Assembly: GCA_049516875.1 (NCBI GenBank)
Contig: JBEKSS010000003.1
Span: 160,001-224,000, forward strand
Origin: Candidatus Bathyarchaeia archaeon
Lineage (GTDB): Archaea; Thermoproteota; Bathyarchaeia; Bathyarchaeales; Bathycorpusculaceae
DNA: 64,000 nucleotides
Direction of reading: 5' to 3'
In this document: positions 60,128-64,000 of the stretch, one piece after another
How the letters are laid out: each line of letters starts with the position of its first letter
Position numbering within the stretch: the first letter of the stretch is position 1
Notes under the pieces: model-generated
Databases searched by the model: none
The model's input: only the letters and a program-made list of their open reading frames with translations
What the model was told of the DNA's origin: nothing
Made by a program: the position numbers and the translations under genes

Positions 60128-60336
60128 AAGCATCGTATCCAGAAGGCTATCCCGTGATACTGTAACCTATTCGTATTGACGGAATGCCGATACTTGCTGA
60201 TGCTGGTCAGTTTTAACTTGGTTTACGGTTGTGAAAGGGGAGCCGAGGATGAGTACAAAAACCGCGGACAGTTCCCGAGACCGCAAAGTTTAAGCAAGTT
60301 CTGGACATTTTGTCGTACTCGACTTGGTGTTGAAGT

Positions 60337-61911
60337 TTGGTTGACCTGCTTCTTATTTTTAAAGTCCATCAGCCCTACCGGCTTAGGGAGAGTTTTTTCT
60401 GGGAAAGAAGCATGTTCAAAAGGAAAGCCAGAGGGGAACTGTTTGATTTCTATTTCGACAACTCTAAGAACAAAGAGATTTTCGATCGGGCGGCCAAGAA
60501 ATGTTATTTTCCGGCAAACGGTATTCTGTTTGACCTAATCGACAGGTTCAAAAGGGAAAGAAAGAAGGTCAGAGTCTCATTCAGTATTTCAGGCGTCTTT
60601 CTTGAGCAGTGCGAGAGTTTCAACGCTGACCTGTTGGAATCGTTTAAGCAGTTAAGTGCAACGGGTTGCGTCGAGTTTCTGGATCAGCCCTACTACCATT
60701 CCTTGGCGGGATTGTATCCTGTGAGAGACGAGTTCATGGCTCAGGTCCGGATGCACCGTGAACTCATGAAAGACTTGTTCCACTCTGAACCGGTTGCCTT
60801 CGAGAACACAGAGCTGCTCTACAACAATGCCATCGCAAAGGTCGTGGACAAGATGGGGTACGGCGCCATATTCACGGAGGGAATTGATAGGATCTTGAAG
60901 GGTAGGTCGCCGAACTATGTTTACAAGGCTAAAGGCTGCGATAGACTCAGGATTCTCCTCAGAAACTTCAAATTGACAGATGACGTTGCATTCAGGTTTT
61001 CCGTAAGGTCGTGGAGCGACTGGCCTCTCACAGCCGATAAATACGCAGATTGGTTGGCATCCACTCAGGGAGAATGCGTCACAATCTTTCCGGACTACGA
61101 GACTTTCGGAGAACACCACTGGCCTGAGACCGGCATACACGACTTTCTCAAAAACTTGCCGCTTGAAATCTTCAAGCATGAAAACCTCTCCATGTCAACC
61201 CCGTCTGAAGTGTTAAGTAAACACAGGCCCACAGGAGAAATCGACGTCGAGGAACTGGGCGGCACCGTTTCCTGGGCAGACATCAACAGAGACACGAGCG
61301 GCTGGCTAGGAAACACCATGCAATGGGCCTACTACACGACAAGCAAGGAGCTTGAACCCCTCGTCAGAGAATCAAACGACAGCGAATTCCTCAAGCTGTG
61401 GCGACACTTTCTGACGAGCGACCACTTGTATTACATGTTCTCAGCCGGAGGATCGCCCGGTGAAGTGCACACGTACTTCAGTCCCTACAAAACGCCGACA
61501 GACGCTTTCGTCACTGCACTGGGAGCCCTGCTCGACTTCGAATCAAAACTGCGGGAGTATGTGTGCGCCGCAAACGAACCATTCCTATTCTACGAGGGCC
61601 CGGGAGAACAGAACTTCACGGGGATCAAAGCATGGAGCCTCATGGGCGTCGTCCAGGCAATTCAAAGAGTCGACACAGCCGTTCTCGAGTTTCACGACAG
61701 AGAAGGAGATTTTGAAAAGTGGGCAACCACGTCACTGCGGGACGAGGATCTGGGTAGACGACTGAAACAGATTCGAGACTCTGGAATGCAAGGTGAAGAA
61801 CTCCGTGCCGGCTTATTGACTGCGGCGCAATCCCGGTTGAATGAGCTCAAGAAGCGTTTCCTCCGTGAAGAACAGGTCTTCGACGTCAGGAAAAAGCAGA
61901 CAACACTTTGA
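60337..61911 (+). CDS. GH57 alpha-amylase with C-terminal DUF5752-like domain
   Basis: VHQPYR, NTEL, DYETFGEH, SDHLYYM; C-terminal FH...GDFEKW. Confidence 0.92.
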   Translation: MVDLLLIFKVHQPYRLRESFFWERSMFKRKARGELFDFYFDNSKNKEIFDRAAKKCYFPANGILFDLIDRFKRERKKVRVSFSISGVFLEQCESFNADLLESFKQLSATGCVEFLDQPYYHSLAGLYPVRDEFMAQVRMHRELMKDLFHSEPVAFENTELLYNNAIAKVVDKMGYGAIFTEGIDRILKGRSPNYVYKAKGCDRLRILLRNFKLTDDVAFRFSVRSWSDWPLTADKYADWLASTQGECVTIFPDYETFGEHHWPETGIHDFLKNLPLEIFKHENLSMSTPSEVLSKHRPTGEIDVEELGGTVSWADINRDTSGWLGNTMQWAYYTTSKELEPLVRESNDSEFLKLWRHFLTSDHLYYMFSAGGSPGEVHTYFSPYKTPTDAFVTALGALLDFESKLREYVCAANEPFLFYEGPGEQNFTGIKAWSLMGVVQAIQRVDTAVLEFHDREGDFEKWATTSLRDEDLGRRLKQIRDSGMQGEELRAGLLTAAQSRLNELKKRFLREEQVFDVRKKQTTL

Positions 61912-63361
61912 TTATACCGAGCTTGGTTAGGTAAAATCGGAGCCGGCGGAGGTTGTCTCTGAAAGACACGATGTAGCCAGAGTCTGAGAGCTTCTGAAGC
62001 AGACCATGCAGCTTGGTAACGCCTATCCCCAGTATGTCCGCTAACTCTGCTGGTCGCTTGGCGTTTTCGTCGTCGACGGCTCCAAGAATGTGCATCAAAA
62101 GAAGAATCCTCATTTCCGCAGGATATTCTTCGAACATGAGGAACGGAAATTTCATGAGAATCCCTTCGGGTCTGGGTCTCGCCAGTAATGCACGATTATA
62201 GACTTTCATCGTTCTTTCAACGATTGCGTTCCAATCATACTCTCTGAGGACTTTCTGGTACCCATTCTCGCGAATTCTCTTAGCGACATCAGGGTTTTTG
62301 AGTACCCTCAGGATTCCCCAGGCCAACGAATCCGAGTTGTTCACATAAACCTTAATGCCCGTCTTTTCATGCTCCACTATCTCAGCTAACCCTCCCGTGT
62401 CCGTCACGATGACCGGCGTCTTCGCGGCCATGGCTTCGAGGGCGGTTATGCCGAATGGTTCGTAAAGAGAGGGAAGGACAGCAGCGTCACTCGCTCTGTA
62501 AATTGAAATCAGCGTTTTTTCATCAACAAAGCCTGCGAAAAAAACATGGTCAGCCACGCCGAAATCATACGCTTCCTTCGCCAAGTAATCTTTCAATCCT
62601 CCTTCTCCGACGATTACAAAGTTCACCTTGGGCATTGCTGCCAACACTTTGGGCACTGCGCCGACGAGGACGTGCACTCCCTTCTCGTGCACGAGCCGTC
62701 CGACGAAGGACACTATTCTCTCTCCATTCTTTGCATACCGCTTCTTGACAGGCTTTGTGTTAACTTCGCCGCCGAATTTGGCGGCGTTCACGCCGTTTTG
62801 AATCACGTGAAGCCTGTCACCCTGCACGTTGAAAGCAGACGAAACCTGATCTGCCATGTAATTGCTGCAGCAGATGATCTCGGAACTCTGGTTGACAAGG
62901 TGTCGTTCCACCTCGTTTATGGTCCTCTGATAATCGTTATGGATTCCGCCCCTTCTTCCCATCTCAGTTGCATGAATCGTCGAAACCAAAGGTTTCGAAA
63001 AAGCGTCCCTGACCTTGACGGCCGCTTCCGTAACAAGCCAGTCATGAGCATGAATGACATCCACCTCTTCGCCGTTATCGTTTATGACGTCGATGGCCCT
63101 TTCAGCCATGGCCTGATTCATCGAAAAAATCCATCCTAGGAAGCTCGGAGACGGTATCTTCGAGTTGAAACGATGTACCATCACTCCGCCGACTTGCTCG
63201 TACTCCGGCGCTCCTGGAAAGTCACAGGTGACGACGTGGACCGTTACGTTTCTGCGGGCCAACGCCATCGAAAGATCATAGACATGCGAGGAGATTCCGC
63301 CTATGATTCTTGGAGGAAATTCCCAGCTAAGCATTAGAACACTGAGACGGCCAGCGGTCAT
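61886..63361 (-). CDS. GT4 glycosyltransferase with C-terminal winged-helix domain
   Basis: SWEFPP, HAHDW, GRLVHEKG, EPFGITALEAM; C-terminal wHTH ending RFYLTKLGIIKV. Confidence 0.92.
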   Translation of the reverse strand: MTAGRLSVLMLSWEFPPRIIGGISSHVYDLSMALARRNVTVHVVTCDFPGAPEYEQVGGVMVHRFNSKIPSPSFLGWIFSMNQAMAERAIDVINDNGEEVDVIHAHDWLVTEAAVKVRDAFSKPLVSTIHATEMGRRGGIHNDYQRTINEVERHLVNQSSEIICCSNYMADQVSSAFNVQGDRLHVIQNGVNAAKFGGEVNTKPVKKRYAKNGERIVSFVGRLVHEKGVHVLVGAVPKVLAAMPKVNFVIVGEGGLKDYLAKEAYDFGVADHVFFAGFVDEKTLISIYRASDAAVLPSLYEPFGITALEAMAAKTPVIVTDTGGLAEIVEHEKTGIKVYVNNSDSLAWGILRVLKNPDVAKRIRENGYQKVLREYDWNAIVERTMKVYNRALLARPRPEGILMKFPFLMFEEYPAEMRILLLMHILGAVDDENAKRPAELADILGIGVTKLHGLLQKLSDSGYIVSFRDNLRRLRFYLTKLGIIKVLSAFS

Positions 63362-63450
63362 CAACAATCACATTGACATGCGTTGACATCTATTAAAGGC
63401 CTCTTGCACAAAAGTTATTTGGTGAGTCACCTTCTTGAAAGAAACAGAGA

Positions 63451-63714
63451 ATGATAAAGTTGAACGAGTATGAGACTTCCTTGTCAGAACGGCTTCTGAT
63501 AAGCCTGCACAATCTATGTGCCACCAGCGGCGAAATGGCGAGAAAAAGCGAGGATTTAGCTCAGATTCTCCAGGCAGACATAAACGCGGTCAACCAGAAC
63601 CTGGACAAGCACGTTTCCGACGGATACGTGGCCGCTTACAATGATCATGAGGGAAGCAGAAGATTCTACCTGACAAGTACAGGGATAATAAGAGTCTGTT
63701 CGCTTTTCAGCTGA
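63451..63714 (+). CDS. Stand-alone winged-helix protein homologous to the GT4 C-terminal domain
   Basis: ERLLISLHNL...RRFYLTSTGIIRVCSLFS. Confidence 0.85.
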   Translation: MIKLNEYETSLSERLLISLHNLCATSGEMARKSEDLAQILQADINAVNQNLDKHVSDGYVAAYNDHEGSRRFYLTSTGIIRVCSLFS

Positions 63715-63729
63715 GGACGTGCGCGTTTC

Positions 63730-64000
63730 TTGCGAGTGATAATCTTCACGTGGGAATTCCCTCCAAGAATCGCCGGTCAACTTGCGTATTACGTGAATAG
63801 GCTTGCAGTCGAATTGATAAAGAAAAACGTCGACGTGTACGTCGTCACGTACAACAATTCTTGGACTGGCTTTCACCAGGGCGCAGACGGCATAAAAGCC
63901 TACAGAATCTCGGACAAGGTTCAACCACAGATAAACGTCTTGACGTGGATGCTCAGTTTGAATCAGGAAGCTGAACGGGTTGCTGCAGACATCTATTATT
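63730..64000 (+). CDS. Second GT4 glycosyltransferase, N-terminus (runs off window)
   Basis: MRVIIFTWEFPPRIAGQLAYYVNRLA...VYVVT. Confidence 0.85.
   Translation, partial: MRVIIFTWEFPPRIAGQLAYYVNRLAVELIKKNVDVYVVTYNNSWTGFHQGADGIKAYRISDKVQPQINVLTWMLSLNQEAERVAADIYY

Overview
Archaeal chromosomal window, most likely Bathyarchaeia (inferred from gene content: ThyX, CTP-dependent RibK, ADP-forming acetate-CoA ligase, class III signal pilins, PEF-CTERM proteins, two DHS paralogs). Housekeeping blocks (ahcY, pyk, comB, tRNA-Arg, argS, dhs, mdh, htpX, thyX, acdA, ribK, ino1, GH57/GT4 glucan locus) and a type IV pilus operon with a giant pilin-adhesin alternate with mosaic accessory patches (about 0.5-10.4, 14, 28-40, 50-53 and 59-60 kb) full of gene fragments. 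The strongest unexplained signal is a set of self-complementary alternating (CG)n runs (often TAG-CGCGCG or CTAGCGCGCGCTAG). They are enriched outside intact genes and sit exactly at the breakpoints of at least five truncated genes. They also form the termini of a ~174-bp MITE family. This points to an undescribed end-joining or cassette-shuffling mechanism. Other candidates are a secreted peptide plus tandem-Lrp/PadR regulatory islet, a second dispersed palindromic repeat family, a tRNA-like structured RNA, and several unusual fusions. No integrase, transposase or CRISPR array was found. All calls are from motif recognition by eye; no database searches were run.
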